From positions 1 to 64,000 of IMG/VR virus record IMGVR_UViG_3300033073_001109: a stretch of DNA of 64,000 bases. One strand, given 5' to 3'. The DNA is from a virus. Lineage: Duplodnaviria > Caudoviricetes. The notes beneath the pieces are model-generated. The model saw only the letters and a list, made by a program, of their open reading frames with translations, was not told the DNA's origin and did not search any database. The position numbers and the translations under genes are program-made. This document shows, piece after piece, positions 38,435 to 48,317 of this stretch (positions are counted from its first letter, which is position 1; every line of letters begins with the position of its first letter).

Positions 38435-39202
38435 ATGTCAAAGTTAAGTTGGACTCAATCTGGAGATTTTATAGATCTTGCAGTAATCAACTGCGAGGTC
38501 TATGAATATTTTGTATCTAATCTCAATTTGCATAACATAAATCAATATGCAACAGTTGATTTTGGATTTGCTTCTATGCGAGATGAACTGTTAGAAAAGT
38601 TCAGTGTGTTTCGCAATTTTGTAAAAACAAAATTGAGATCGGACATATTTGACTTTGACATAGATCCTAGCAATCAAGAACACTTAAACAAGTTGCATAG
38701 AGCATGGGTAAAAATTCATCAGCAATATCCAAACATAGGCAATGTATTTGATCGATCTCTAGTTAATCGAATTAACATGTTAATTCATTACATTGAAGAT
38801 TTGTCGCAAGATTTTGTGGTTGAAACTATTAATCCAGAACGCTGTTTTAAAAATATTTTTGGTACAAAAATACTCAATCACGGTGTCTGGAACGTATCCA
38901 TTCCCTATCTAAATTTAGGAAGAAGCTCGTATCGAAAATGGGTCAATGGTGACTGTGTCAATGACTCAGATACCAATAACTTTGATGACTTGTATACACG
39001 ATTGCAAATCAAGACGGTGCCTAGTGAGCAATACTCTTTGCCACCTCAGTTTAAGTCTTGGTGTCAGCAGTACGGATTAGAGTGTGTTGGCGATAGTTTA
39101 CCACTAGCAAATTTTGACAACCTAGAACAAAACATGCTAAAATACAGACAACTTATATTGACAAATTCGTTGATAGAAAATAATTTTATAATTTTGGAGT
39201 GA
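38435..39202 (+). CDS. Hypothetical accessory protein (distant paralogue of 52904..53767)
   Basis: LNKLH...IN.LIH..E...Y.NLG...LP.A pattern. Confidence 0.65.
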   Translation: MSKLSWTQSGDFIDLAVINCEVYEYFVSNLNLHNINQYATVDFGFASMRDELLEKFSVFRNFVKTKLRSDIFDFDIDPSNQEHLNKLHRAWVKIHQQYPNIGNVFDRSLVNRINMLIHYIEDLSQDFVVETINPERCFKNIFGTKILNHGVWNVSIPYLNLGRSSYRKWVNGDCVNDSDTNNFDDLYTRLQIKTVPSEQYSLPPQFKSWCQQYGLECVGDSLPLANFDNLEQNMLKYRQLILTNSLIENNFIILE

Positions 39203-39204
39203 TC

Positions 39205-40260
39205 ATGGCAAAACCATTTGACGTAAGCAAGTTCCGCAAGGAAATCACTAAGAGCATTGATGGTCTTAGTATTGGATTCAACGATCCCACAGACTGGATC
39301 AGCACAGGTAATTACGCCTTGAACTATCTTATCTCAGGAGATTTCAATCGCGGTATTCCGCTTGGTAAAGTCACGGTGTTTGCTGGTGAATCAGGTGCTG
39401 GCAAGAGTTATATTTGCTCCGGCAATATCATTAAGAACGCACAAGAGCAAGGTATCTTTGTTGTGTTGATTGATTCAGAAAACGCTCTTGATGAAGATTG
39501 GCTCAAAGCACTGGGAGTTGACACCAACGAATCCAAACTGTTGAAGTTGAGCATGGCCATGATTGATGATGTGGCCAAAACTATCTCTACATTCATGAGT
39601 GATTACAAGGCTTTGCCTGATGGTGAGCGCCCCAAGGTGTTGTTTGTGATTGACTCCTTGGGCATGTTGCTGACTCCCACTGACATCAACCAGTTTGATT
39701 CGGGCGACTTGAAGGGTGACCTAGGCCGTAAGCCCAAGGCACTCACAGCATTGGTGCGTAACTGTGTGAACATGTTTGGTAGTTACAATGTGGGCTTGGT
39801 TTGTACCAACCACACATACGCAAGTCAAGACATGTTCGACCCCGACGATAAGATCTCTGGAGGTCAAGGTTTCATCTATGCTTCGTCGATTGTGGTTGCT
39901 ATGAAGAAACTCAAGCTCAAAGAAGATGAGGACGGTAACAAAGTCACAGACGTCATGGGTATTCGTAGTGCCTGCAAAGTTATGAAAACTCGCTATGCCA
40001 AACCCTTTGAAGGTGTACAGGTCAAGATTCCTTATGAAACAGGCATGAATCCTTATTCAGGTCTTGTGGACTTGGCTGAAAAGAAAGGCTTCTTGAAGAA
40101 AGACGGCAATCGTCTTGCATACACTACCTTGGACGGTGAGATACTCAAACACTTCCGCAAGGCTTGGGAATCAAACGAAGATGGCGTGTTAGATATTGTT
40201 ATGGCAGAATTTGGAAAACGCAAGGAAGAGGTAAGTACGGTTGAGGAGGAAACTGAATGA
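39205..40260 (+). CDS. uvsX: RecA-like recombinase
   Basis: WISTGNYALN..ISG, GESGAGKS, DSENALD, VIDSLG, ISGGQGFIYASS. Confidence 0.95.
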   Translation: MAKPFDVSKFRKEITKSIDGLSIGFNDPTDWISTGNYALNYLISGDFNRGIPLGKVTVFAGESGAGKSYICSGNIIKNAQEQGIFVVLIDSENALDEDWLKALGVDTNESKLLKLSMAMIDDVAKTISTFMSDYKALPDGERPKVLFVIDSLGMLLTPTDINQFDSGDLKGDLGRKPKALTALVRNCVNMFGSYNVGLVCTNHTYASQDMFDPDDKISGGQGFIYASSIVVAMKKLKLKEDEDGNKVTDVMGIRSACKVMKTRYAKPFEGVQVKIPYETGMNPYSGLVDLAEKKGFLKKDGNRLAYTTLDGEILKHFRKAWESNEDGVLDIVMAEFGKRKEEVSTVEEETE

Positions 40261-40514
40261 GCGAGTATATCGTAGCAGAACTTTGGGGCGAACTCAAACG
40301 CTATGTAAACACAGTTGATCGCGCAGAAGCCGCAGAAACTGTAGTACAAATTTTGATGGATAATGATTCAGATGTTGAAGACATTCGTGACGCCTTTAAA
40401 GGCGACTCAGACATCAAACGTGCGCTAACTTCGTATCTTGACAACGACAACGATTATTCCGAAGAAGAGGAAGAAGAGGAAGAAGAGTACGAAGACGATG
40501 ACTGGGAAAACTAA
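40257..40514 (+). CDS. Small acidic hypothetical protein
   Basis: 85 aa with poly-Glu/Asp tail; ATGA overlap with uvsX. Confidence 0.7.
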   Translation: MSEYIVAELWGELKRYVNTVDRAEAAETVVQILMDNDSDVEDIRDAFKGDSDIKRALTSYLDNDNDYSEEEEEEEEEYEDDDWEN

Positions 40515-41745
40515 AACCTTTCCGATAGAGAATTCATCAGCATGTGTATTCAAATGGGCGTGGAATACCTTTAGGTTGTACAACGCCCAATCATCTAGTT
40601 GTCACCGAGTGACACCAGTGGTTGTACCGTTGGACAAGTTTGACAATTTTCACAATACTCCTGAGATTTTAGTTGACCGGCAAAAGATGCTGGAAGGATC
40701 GTGGCCAGGACGTGGCTGCGAATATTGTCAAAGCATAGAGTCTCAGGGAGGTACCAGCGATAGGTTATACCACAATCAAATTCCTGGACTTACGCCCATT
40801 GATTTTGATGGTATAAAACCAGTTACTCCCCGAATCAGTGAAATCTATCTGCACAATACTTGCGATCTTGCCTGTGTATATTGCTTACCAATATTCAGTG
40901 AGAAGATCAATCAGGAAATAAAAAAGTTTGGCCCTTACCCAGTTGGTATTGCCGCGGTCCAAGAACACTCACAGCGAGAACAGTATTTCGACGCCTATGT
41001 GAACTGGTTGAAAGACAATGGGTCCAAATTGTCACGACTGAGTATACTAGGTGGCGAGCCTTTGTTACAAAAGGAGTTTTGGACCTTGTTGGATTTGTTA
41101 CCTGAAATTGCTAACAAAGATTTAGAACTAGCAATTAATACCAATCTAAATTGCAATTCTGCTATCATGGACAGATTCGTTGCTAAAAGTCGAGAACTCA
41201 CAGTGTCAAGATCTATCAAGCAAGTGTTTGTGTCGGCCAGTTTGGACTGTTGGGGGCCACAAGCAGAGTTTGTTCGATATGGGTTAAATCTCGGCACCTG
41301 GCAGAAAAATTTTGAGCGTTTGGTAGAAAACCGCTGGATAGCAACGTCGGTGCATCAGGTGTTAACAGCATTGACTATAAAAACCTCACTGGAGCTACAA
41401 AATAAAATTGCAGAATACAAAAAGTTCAATCCTAAGATATTGCAAGAATATTATTTTGTTGACAGTGGTTATGAAAAAGTATACCATCCAGAAATATTTG
41501 GCAATGAGTTTTTCCATGACAAATTGCATGAATTACTGCGTCTGTTTCCAGTTACAACAGAGTGGGACCATGAATCTCGAAAACGGCTCGAAGGTATTGT
41601 GAATTTCATAGATCAGTCCAGCGCAGATCTTCCGAGGCTACAGATGTTGAAACAGACTTTAGACACAATAGATCATAGAAGAAACACTGATTGGAAAAAG
41701 TTGTGGCCAGAGATCAATGACTATTTTGTTGAAAACAAGGTTTAA
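40498..41745 (+). CDS. Radical SAM protein
   Basis: CVFKW...SSSCH...CEYC...E N-terminal cluster; CDLACVYC; GGEPLL; SLD.WG.QAE.VR.G. Confidence 0.85.
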   Translation: MTGKTKTFPIENSSACVFKWAWNTFRLYNAQSSSCHRVTPVVVPLDKFDNFHNTPEILVDRQKMLEGSWPGRGCEYCQSIESQGGTSDRLYHNQIPGLTPIDFDGIKPVTPRISEIYLHNTCDLACVYCLPIFSEKINQEIKKFGPYPVGIAAVQEHSQREQYFDAYVNWLKDNGSKLSRLSILGGEPLLQKEFWTLLDLLPEIANKDLELAINTNLNCNSAIMDRFVAKSRELTVSRSIKQVFVSASLDCWGPQAEFVRYGLNLGTWQKNFERLVENRWIATSVHQVLTALTIKTSLELQNKIAEYKKFNPKILQEYYFVDSGYEKVYHPEIFGNEFFHDKLHELLRLFPVTTEWDHESRKRLEGIVNFIDQSSADLPRLQMLKQTLDTIDHRRNTDWKKLWPEINDYFVENKV

Positions 41746-41747
41746 TT

Positions 41748-42200
41748 ATGTGGTATAGTAAAGTTACATCAGATCTAGGAAACATACCAGACTTTATAGC
41801 CTATTACGATCGCGAACTAGAAGAAGCCAAGAAAGAATGTAGAATTGGCGGCATAGTAGAACGTAATATCAAAGAACTACCTGGGCACACAGAGCACAGA
41901 TTCAATCAATTACAAGAGATTGAGGCGGTGCTCAATTATCTCAACATTCAACTTCGTAAGATTCGTAGGAAACATTTCCAAAAGTACCTTGAAGCCTATG
42001 CTCGTGCCTTGACCTCTAGAGACGCAGAAAAATATGTAGACGGCGAAGACGAAGTTGTGGACTTTGAAACCATAATTAACGAAGTAGCTTTTTTGCGCAA
42101 TCGTTGGCTAGGCGTGATGAAAGGTTTAGAAACCAAACAGTGGCAAATGGGTCACATAGTTCGTCTAAGAACTGCTGGCATGGAAGACATCCAGGTGTAA
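41748..42200 (+). CDS. uvsY: Recombination mediator
   Basis: Helical ~150 aa; L.YLNI.LRKIR..HF.KYLE.Y.RAL.SRDAEKYVDGE; located near uvsX. Confidence 0.75.
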   Translation: MWYSKVTSDLGNIPDFIAYYDRELEEAKKECRIGGIVERNIKELPGHTEHRFNQLQEIEAVLNYLNIQLRKIRRKHFQKYLEAYARALTSRDAEKYVDGEDEVVDFETIINEVAFLRNRWLGVMKGLETKQWQMGHIVRLRTAGMEDIQV

Positions 42201-42207
42201 ATACCTG
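42192..42207 (+). promoter_or_regulatory. Late promoter TAAATA in a short inverted repeat heading the glycan cassette
   Basis: CAGGT-GTAAAT-ACCTG; ATG at 42209. Confidence 0.55.
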
Positions 42208-42208
42208 C

Positions 42209-42964
42209 ATGAAAATTGTAGTTGTTACTGGCGGCTTTGACCCGCTACACTCGGGACACCTAGCCTACTTCAAAGCTGCCAAAAAACTTGGCGATAGACT
42301 CATTGTAGGGCTTAACTCAGATGAATGGCTGACCCGTAAAAAAGGTCGTCCTTTTATGCCTATGAGTGAACGCTTTGCATTGGTCAGTGCCATTGGGGTA
42401 GTTGACGAAGTTGTTGTTTACAACGACGATGATGGCTCTAGCTGTGATGCCATTCGTTTGGTTAAAAAGCGACATCCTGATGCACACATAATCTTTGCCA
42501 ATGGCGGAGATAGAACCAAAGACAACATTCCCGAAATGGTGTTTGACGACGTTGAGTTTGTGTTTGGTGTGGGCGGCGAAGATAAGAAAAACAGTTCAAG
42601 TTGGATTTTAGAAGATTGGAAAAAACCCAAAACTCAACGCAATTGGGGATACTATCGTGTGCTACATGAAGTTGGTGCTCGCACCAAGCTCAAAGAACTC
42701 ACAGTAAATCCCAAAACATGCTTGAGCATGCAACGCCACGATCAGCGAGCAGAATTTTGGTTTGTTGCTGAAGGCGAGGCCTCTGTTTATACCTTAGATG
42801 CCTCTAGCGATCATGATTTAGTAGGAACATACAGTCAACACGAGTACATATGGATTGATCGTAACCAATGGCACATGCTTTGTAACGAAACAAGTGAACC
42901 TCTAAAGTTAATTGAAATACAGTACGGAGATGATTGTGTAGAAGAGGACATAGAACGTCGATGA
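42209..42964 (+). CDS. Bifunctional HIGH-family nucleotidyl(cytidylyl)transferase (RfaE/TagD-like) plus type II phosphomannose-isomerase-like cupin
   Basis: VVTGGFDPLHSGH, VGLNSDEWL.RKKG.PFM, FANGGDR; C-term WG.Y.VL...LSMQRH..R.EFW.V.EG. Confidence 0.85.
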   Translation: MKIVVVTGGFDPLHSGHLAYFKAAKKLGDRLIVGLNSDEWLTRKKGRPFMPMSERFALVSAIGVVDEVVVYNDDDGSSCDAIRLVKKRHPDAHIIFANGGDRTKDNIPEMVFDDVEFVFGVGGEDKKNSSSWILEDWKKPKTQRNWGYYRVLHEVGARTKLKELTVNPKTCLSMQRHDQRAEFWFVAEGEASVYTLDASSDHDLVGTYSQHEYIWIDRNQWHMLCNETSEPLKLIEIQYGDDCVEEDIERR

Positions 42965-43641
42965 AGCCTATTCCTATTTTTATTGGCTATGACCCTAGAG
43001 AAGCAGTGGCTTATCATACCTGCGTAAATTCTATAATCAGACATGCATCAAAGCCTGTTGCTTGTATTCCGCTGGCCCTGAATTTGTTTGAAGACTACAA
43101 AGAAACACACACTGATGGTTCAAACCAGTTTATCTACAGTCGTTTCCTTGTGCCTCATCTAATGAATTACGCCGGTTGGGCTATATTTATCGACGGTGAC
43201 ATGATTTTGAGATCAGACATTGTGGAACTATGGGAACTTGCTGAGTCAGACAAAGATGTCATGGTTGTCAAGCACGACTATCAAACTCGCATGACAGAAA
43301 AGTATCTTGGAGCCCGAAATGAAAATTACCCCAGAAAAAATTGGTCTAGTGTTATTCTATGGAATTGCAGCAGTTATCCTAATCGCAAACTTACTCCTGA
43401 TTTTGTTCAACGATCAACCGGTGCCGAATTACATCGTTTTACCTGGCTAGAAGATCGACGCATAGGAGAACTACCACCGGAGTGGAATTGGTTACCTGAT
43501 GAGTTTGGTGCCAATGCTGACGCTAAGTTACTGCATTACACTTTAGGAACTCCGTGTTTTCATGAGTTTGCCACTACACCGCAAGGCGAAGAATGGCATA
43601 GAGAACACATGTTAACTGATTACTGTCAACAACGAGTATGA
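42961..43641 (+). CDS. Glycosyltransferase (GT-A, GT8-like)
   Basis: IFIGYD.RE.VAY, F.YSRFLVP, FIDGDMI, YPRKNWSS..LWNC, WN.L, HYT.G.P. Confidence 0.85.
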   Translation: MKPIPIFIGYDPREAVAYHTCVNSIIRHASKPVACIPLALNLFEDYKETHTDGSNQFIYSRFLVPHLMNYAGWAIFIDGDMILRSDIVELWELAESDKDVMVVKHDYQTRMTEKYLGARNENYPRKNWSSVILWNCSSYPNRKLTPDFVQRSTGAELHRFTWLEDRRIGELPPEWNWLPDEFGANADAKLLHYTLGTPCFHEFATTPQGEEWHREHMLTDYCQQRV

Positions 43642-44606
43642 TGGAAGAAGATCTAGCACCACTGATCAAGCACGAGCTTGACATGGTACCTCCTGAGATA
43701 TCCAAACTGTTTCGAGACATATTAAAATATAGAGTGGATCCCGGTGGCGATTATTATCAAATTACTCGAGAACACTTAGAACAGGCCATTGATAATCTAT
43801 ATCAACCCAACGTTTATGCAGTTGATGTAGAGCCTGGTGAATTTAGACACAAAGACAAAGGACACATGTACGATCCTATATTACAAAGTTTTGTTCAAGG
43901 AGCCGGCGGCTGCATCACATCTTGGAACAAGGTAGAACAATCAATGATCCCAGTGGTTCTGAGAGGCATTACTAAACGCAAAGAAATGGCAGCATGTCGA
44001 GCTGTTGGTAGAGATTTTTATTACATTGACACAGGCTATTTTGGCAATGGCAAGAAGAAGACATATCATCGCATTACCAAAAATGACGTACAATGGTTTG
44101 GTGCTATCATTGATAGACCTAGAGATCGTCTTGAAAAAACAGGAGTACAAATTCGCAAATGTCGTGCCGATGGTAGTAAAATTTTGTTGGCCCCGCCTAG
44201 TCAAAAACTTTTAAATTTATACAATATCAATTTGGAAACCTGGTTAGAGAATGTAAAAAAAGAATTGTCTCAATACACTGATAGAGAAATTGTAGTAAGA
44301 CTCAAACAAGGAAGAGCAGTACGACAATCCACAGATACCATGGAAATGGCTCTAGCCGACAATGTATATTGTTTGGTGACGTTTTCTAGCATTGCTGCTA
44401 CAGAAGCATTGTTGTTCGGCAAACCAGCAATCACTCTTGGTCCAAATGCCGCGGCACCTCTTTGTAGTCAACATCTAAACCAAATCGAAAATCTTCGAAT
44501 ACCTACTCTAGACGAAATAGATGCCTGGGCTAGAAACCTTGCATATTGCCAGTTCACAGAACCTGAAATGCGCGACGGAACCGCCTGGCGGATATTAAAT
44601 GCTTGA
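43638..44606 (+). CDS. KpsS/KpsC-like (capsule biosynthesis family) putative glycosyltransferase, paralogue A
   Basis: YIDTGYFG, ILLAPP, IVVRLK, VTFSSIAA.EA...GKP, LAYCQFT..EM..G.AW. Confidence 0.6.
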   Translation: MMEEDLAPLIKHELDMVPPEISKLFRDILKYRVDPGGDYYQITREHLEQAIDNLYQPNVYAVDVEPGEFRHKDKGHMYDPILQSFVQGAGGCITSWNKVEQSMIPVVLRGITKRKEMAACRAVGRDFYYIDTGYFGNGKKKTYHRITKNDVQWFGAIIDRPRDRLEKTGVQIRKCRADGSKILLAPPSQKLLNLYNINLETWLENVKKELSQYTDREIVVRLKQGRAVRQSTDTMEMALADNVYCLVTFSSIAATEALLFGKPAITLGPNAAAPLCSQHLNQIENLRIPTLDEIDAWARNLAYCQFTEPEMRDGTAWRILNA

Positions 44607-45522
44607 TTGTGTAGTCTATATTAGCTCTGTGGCTAATCCACACAAGCATCCAAGAAAGGTTGCCTGTTTGGAAAGTTTTGCTAGAGGTGTAAGCAAGCTA
44701 GGACACACAGTAAAGATAGAAACCAATTATCGTTATACTCCTAGCCGAGTTGCAGTTATCTTGGGCTGGATTTCCAACGGCGGTGGCGGCAAAAACATAG
44801 AACTCAGACGACAGATTATTTCAGAACAAGCACGTTATAAAAAACATACTATGTGTGTGGATGCCAGTTGCTGGAAGTATATAGATACAAACAGTTTATA
44901 TCTTCGCTACAGCATTGGTGGACCGTTTTACGATCGAGCACAGTATGCTAATGCCAACAGCACAAACGCCAAGTGGAATGAAATTAGCCAACAGTTAGGT
45001 GTTAGACTACAAGAACCACAATCCAATGTCAATGGTCATATACTTGTGTGTATGCAACGTGACGGCGGATTTGCAATGAAAAATCTGAATCCCCTGGCCT
45101 GGACACAGGCTAAGATACAAGAAATACGTAGGTATACTAATCGACCAATTAAAGTAAGGCCTCACCCTGGCGCATATAATATGAAGGATTTTGATCCATT
45201 GAGATCCCAATGGGGCAAACAACATGTTGAAGTTCTGCACCCTGAAGAGTCTAGACTCTTTGACAACCTACAAGGGGCTCACAGCGCAGTATTTTTTAAT
45301 TCAAGTGCAAGTGTGGCAGCAGTTTGTGAAGGAATACCAATATTTGTGGATGACCGTAGTTGTGTGAGTTTTGATGTAGCAAATACTGATGTCGCCAACA
45401 TTGAATCTCCGGCAAAATTCAACAGGGATCAATGGCTTTGGAATTTAGCTGCCGCACACTGGAGTGACGCTGAAGGAGCCAAAGGTCGCATTTGGCAAAA
45501 GTTTACTCCTTTTATTTTTTAA
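44599..45522 (+). CDS. KpsS/KpsC-like putative glycosyltransferase, paralogue B
   Basis: ILVCMQ, IKVRPHP, VFFNSSASV.AV.EGIP, LAAAHWS..E...G..W. Confidence 0.6.
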   Translation: MLDCVVYISSVANPHKHPRKVACLESFARGVSKLGHTVKIETNYRYTPSRVAVILGWISNGGGGKNIELRRQIISEQARYKKHTMCVDASCWKYIDTNSLYLRYSIGGPFYDRAQYANANSTNAKWNEISQQLGVRLQEPQSNVNGHILVCMQRDGGFAMKNLNPLAWTQAKIQEIRRYTNRPIKVRPHPGAYNMKDFDPLRSQWGKQHVEVLHPEESRLFDNLQGAHSAVFFNSSASVAAVCEGIPIFVDDRSCVSFDVANTDVANIESPAKFNRDQWLWNLAAAHWSDAEGAKGRIWQKFTPFIF

Positions 45523-46075
45523 CCACAATCAAATCATAGTTGTGGCCTTTGACCCAGTGCCACTTGTTAGTTTTGTCAAACACACTGATTTCCTCCCATA
45601 CTATGGTTACGTCCATACAACTGAGTATTTTTTCTCTCCACCATGCTGGTGGCTTCACAATCAAGTGAGCATTGCGACCGTCTGGTAGATTCTTTTTTGC
45701 AGGATAACAAGCAATTCTAAAACACCCACAACGTACCATCAAGTTGCTGATTGTTTTCAGTGTTTGATCAAGATGTGCAGGTTCAATGTGTTCTATTGCA
45801 TCTGTACTAACAACAACATCTACAGGATTGCTAGGCAAAGTCTGAAACTCAACATTGCCGGGATCATATCCTGCAACAGAGATTTCGGGATGCAGTTTAG
45901 AAATTGTAGCAATTAAACCTCCCTTGCCGCAACCAAAATCTAACAATGTGCTGGGCTTGTATTCAGCAATAAATTTTTCTACAATCTTGTATGCTTTGGC
46001 ACCGTGGTTGAATTTTTTGTCAGAACTGTGCAGTTGTTCTAACTGAGCTTGGTATGCTTTGTCGATCAGTGCCAT
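45512..46075 (-). CDS. Class I SAM-dependent methyltransferase
   Basis: LLDFGCGKG, GYDPG, D...STDAIEHIEP, NAHL.V.PP.WW; likely start MALIDK at 46075. Confidence 0.85.
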   Translation of the reverse strand: MALIDKAYQAQLEQLHSSDKKFNHGAKAYKIVEKFIAEYKPSTLLDFGCGKGGLIATISKLHPEISVAGYDPGNVEFQTLPSNPVDVVVSTDAIEHIEPAHLDQTLKTISNLMVRCGCFRIACYPAKKNLPDGRNAHLIVKPPAWWREKILSCMDVTIVWEEISVFDKTNKWHWVKGHNYDLIVVKK

Positions 46076-46713
46076 CCCATGATCCAATCATCTTTTACTT
46101 GATCTAGTTTACTCATGCCCCAATCTTCTAACAGTCCTATTGCGGCAAATTGTCCATAATCTTTGCTATACATGTCGTGTGGTTTTTGCTCAATAACCAC
46201 TATAGGTCGACAACGTCTTATTGTCTGTTCTGCACCTTGTAACACTCGATATTCATATCCTTCACAATCAATTTTTATGTAATCAACGTTGTTAAGATTT
46301 AAACTATCAAGTCGACGAATTTCTGTATTACCTTGTTTGCTAGTAGGATCCACGTGAGTATGACCAGTGTTGCCTTCAGTAATAATCATGTTCACTGTGC
46401 CTTCTTGGTCGCCTAGGGCAATACTGTGGACCTCAAGATTTTTTGCAAATACATTTCGAGCCAAGCATTCTCTAAACATAGCCACTGGTTCAAAAGCATG
46501 TACTGTAATAAAGTGTTTAACAAGATCACGACTCCACAACCCAACGTTGGCGCCAATATCGAGTGCCACTCGTTTTTGTTTAACGTGTGCCAAGCTACGA
46601 TTTCTAACTTGCCACTGATACGCAGCCGGGCCGTTTTTAGCAATGCTTTTGTCAAGCATTTTAGGAAAGTGTGATTCCATGTCAGGAAACCACCAACCAA
46701 GATGATTATACAT
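46066..46713 (-). CDS. FkbM-family methyltransferase
   Basis: ALDIGANVG, V.AFEP, ALGD, RRLDS, DYIKIDCEGYE..VL.GA...I....P..VIE. Confidence 0.9.
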   Translation of the reverse strand: MYNHLGWWFPDMESHFPKMLDKSIAKNGPAAYQWQVRNRSLAHVKQKRVALDIGANVGLWSRDLVKHFITVHAFEPVAMFRECLARNVFAKNLEVHSIALGDQEGTVNMIITEGNTGHTHVDPTSKQGNTEIRRLDSLNLNNVDYIKIDCEGYEYRVLQGAEQTIRRCRPIVVIEQKPHDMYSKDYGQFAAIGLLEDWGMSKLDQVKDDWIMGWH

Positions 46714-47506
46714 TATAGGTATCCTTTAAAATTTTCATTGCACGACCGTTTTCTAATTCTTTGTAGTGAAACTGTCCGTAAGCCAAATGTTTGACCCATG
46801 CGTATCTTAGTTCTTCTTCTGGCCACCAGGGATTATCTATCATACTGAGATCTTTGTTGCTCACTGGCCGAGCTGCATTGCATGGGGCCAGTACAAAAGT
46901 AGGCACACCTGCAATCACTGACTCAGTGGCTGCTATGCTATTATACGTTACTAAAGCATGAGCGTCGCTGAGCGCTTGTTCTAAAGTGTCGTGATTTCTA
47001 GCTTGGCGACTTTTGGTGCGTTGTCTAACAACCACTTCTCTGTCAGTGTACTTTTTAATTTCCATCACAGTGTCTGTGATCCATTGTTGCAGATCTATAC
47101 CGTAAAACACACAAGGTTTTTCGTCTGGCGCAGCCACAATGATTTTAGATCCTTTGTTCCTTCGTTTGAGTGCAATGGCCATACGCTGCCAACGGTCTGG
47201 AGGCCGCGGAATAATTTCGTTGTGTTGTAAGTCGTTGAATACTACTCTATTCCAAATCTTTGCACCGTGCGGATTTAACGGCCCTCGACGATTGCCGAAG
47301 TACCCAGAATCAAAATAAAAAAACGGACGTTGATCTTCCCAACAACGTTTGATTATTTTGTGTTTCATGATGCCGCGTATTACCAACAAATTGTTGTTGT
47401 CCTCGTAGTTCCAAGATTCTAAGTTAGTGGGCTCAGCACCGCAACCACGAGCAAAACGATCAATGTAGTTGTCTTCATCTTTTTTGTTTAAAAATATCCA
47501 CGTCAT
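46706..47506 (-). CDS. KpsS/KpsC-like putative glycosyltransferase, paralogue C
   Basis: YFDSGYFG, IIVAAP, VVVRQR, VTYNSIAA.ES..AGVP, LAYGQF..EL..G. Confidence 0.6.
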   Translation of the reverse strand: MTWIFLNKKDEDNYIDRFARGCGAEPTNLESWNYEDNNNLLVIRGIMKHKIIKRCWEDQRPFFYFDSGYFGNRRGPLNPHGAKIWNRVVFNDLQHNEIIPRPPDRWQRMAIALKRRNKGSKIIVAAPDEKPCVFYGIDLQQWITDTVMEIKKYTDREVVVRQRTKSRQARNHDTLEQALSDAHALVTYNSIAATESVIAGVPTFVLAPCNAARPVSNKDLSMIDNPWWPEEELRYAWVKHLAYGQFHYKELENGRAMKILKDTYNV

Positions 47507-48306
47507 TGCCAGTATGCCTCGGATCTTGCAATTTTTAAATCTGAGCCAGGACTACGTCCCCGATGTTTTCTTGAACCTTTGAGATGATCAAGATATGCAC
47601 CCCAGTCAGAATTTATCAATGGATGACCTTCCCCAGTAATAAGATGACTAGACCAATCGTGTTCATGCATTTTGATACGTTGGCGAACAGCATCAAAAAC
47701 AAAACTGTCATGCCATTCATTCAGTTGAAAAATGCCCAATTCGGCTTGATCATAAAAACGTTGAAACTCTTTGAGAAACAAACGAGTAGAATCGCTGCGT
47801 AGGTTCATGGCGTAAAGTCCGCACTCAGTGAATTTGCCACGTCTTCCCAAGAAGCATAGGTCTTTGGCAACTGGGCACAGGCGGTCAATTTCGGCTACAG
47901 TGATAGGACTGTGACAAACCATGTCGGCGTCCATCCACAATAGCCAATCGGCGTCAACATTTTCGGCAGCGGCAAATATGGCATATACCTTGTGAGCAAA
48001 ACGCACAGCGTCCCATTTAAACCCTTTGCCTGCGTCTTTTCTACGACTGCGCACTGGATCAGAACTTACGTCGCCATTGGCTCGAGGCACTCCGCGCCAT
48101 TGATTTTTAAATGCAACCAAAGCCGGACTGGCTTGTTCTAGATCAAAAACTTTGACATTGGGGGCATTACAGTCTACAGCACAACCTTCTGCGTAAACCA
48201 TCAAGGTCACTGATTTGGGCCATGTTTTGCAAAAGGTTTTGATCATTCTGCGTCCATAATTCTCATAGCCCTGAGCATTAAAAGTGGTAACTACAGCGTA
48301 CTTCAT
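47503..48306 (-). CDS. Glycosyltransferase (GT-A, DxD)
   Basis: VVTTFN..GY..YG, DAVRFAHKVYA, WLLWMDAD, WHDS.VFD, DH.KG.RK. Confidence 0.75.
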   Translation of the reverse strand: MKYAVVTTFNAQGYENYGRRMIKTFCKTWPKSVTLMVYAEGCAVDCNAPNVKVFDLEQASPALVAFKNQWRGVPRANGDVSSDPVRSRRKDAGKGFKWDAVRFAHKVYAIFAAAENVDADWLLWMDADMVCHSPITVAEIDRLCPVAKDLCFLGRRGKFTECGLYAMNLRSDSTRLFLKEFQRFYDQAELGIFQLNEWHDSFVFDAVRQRIKMHEHDWSSHLITGEGHPLINSDWGAYLDHLKGSRKHRGRSPGSDLKIARSEAYWQ

Positions 48307-48317
48307 GATAGATACTT

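Noticed and set aside
40461-40500. GAAGAAGAG microsatellite
   Set aside because: Simply encodes the poly-Glu tail of the 85-aa protein
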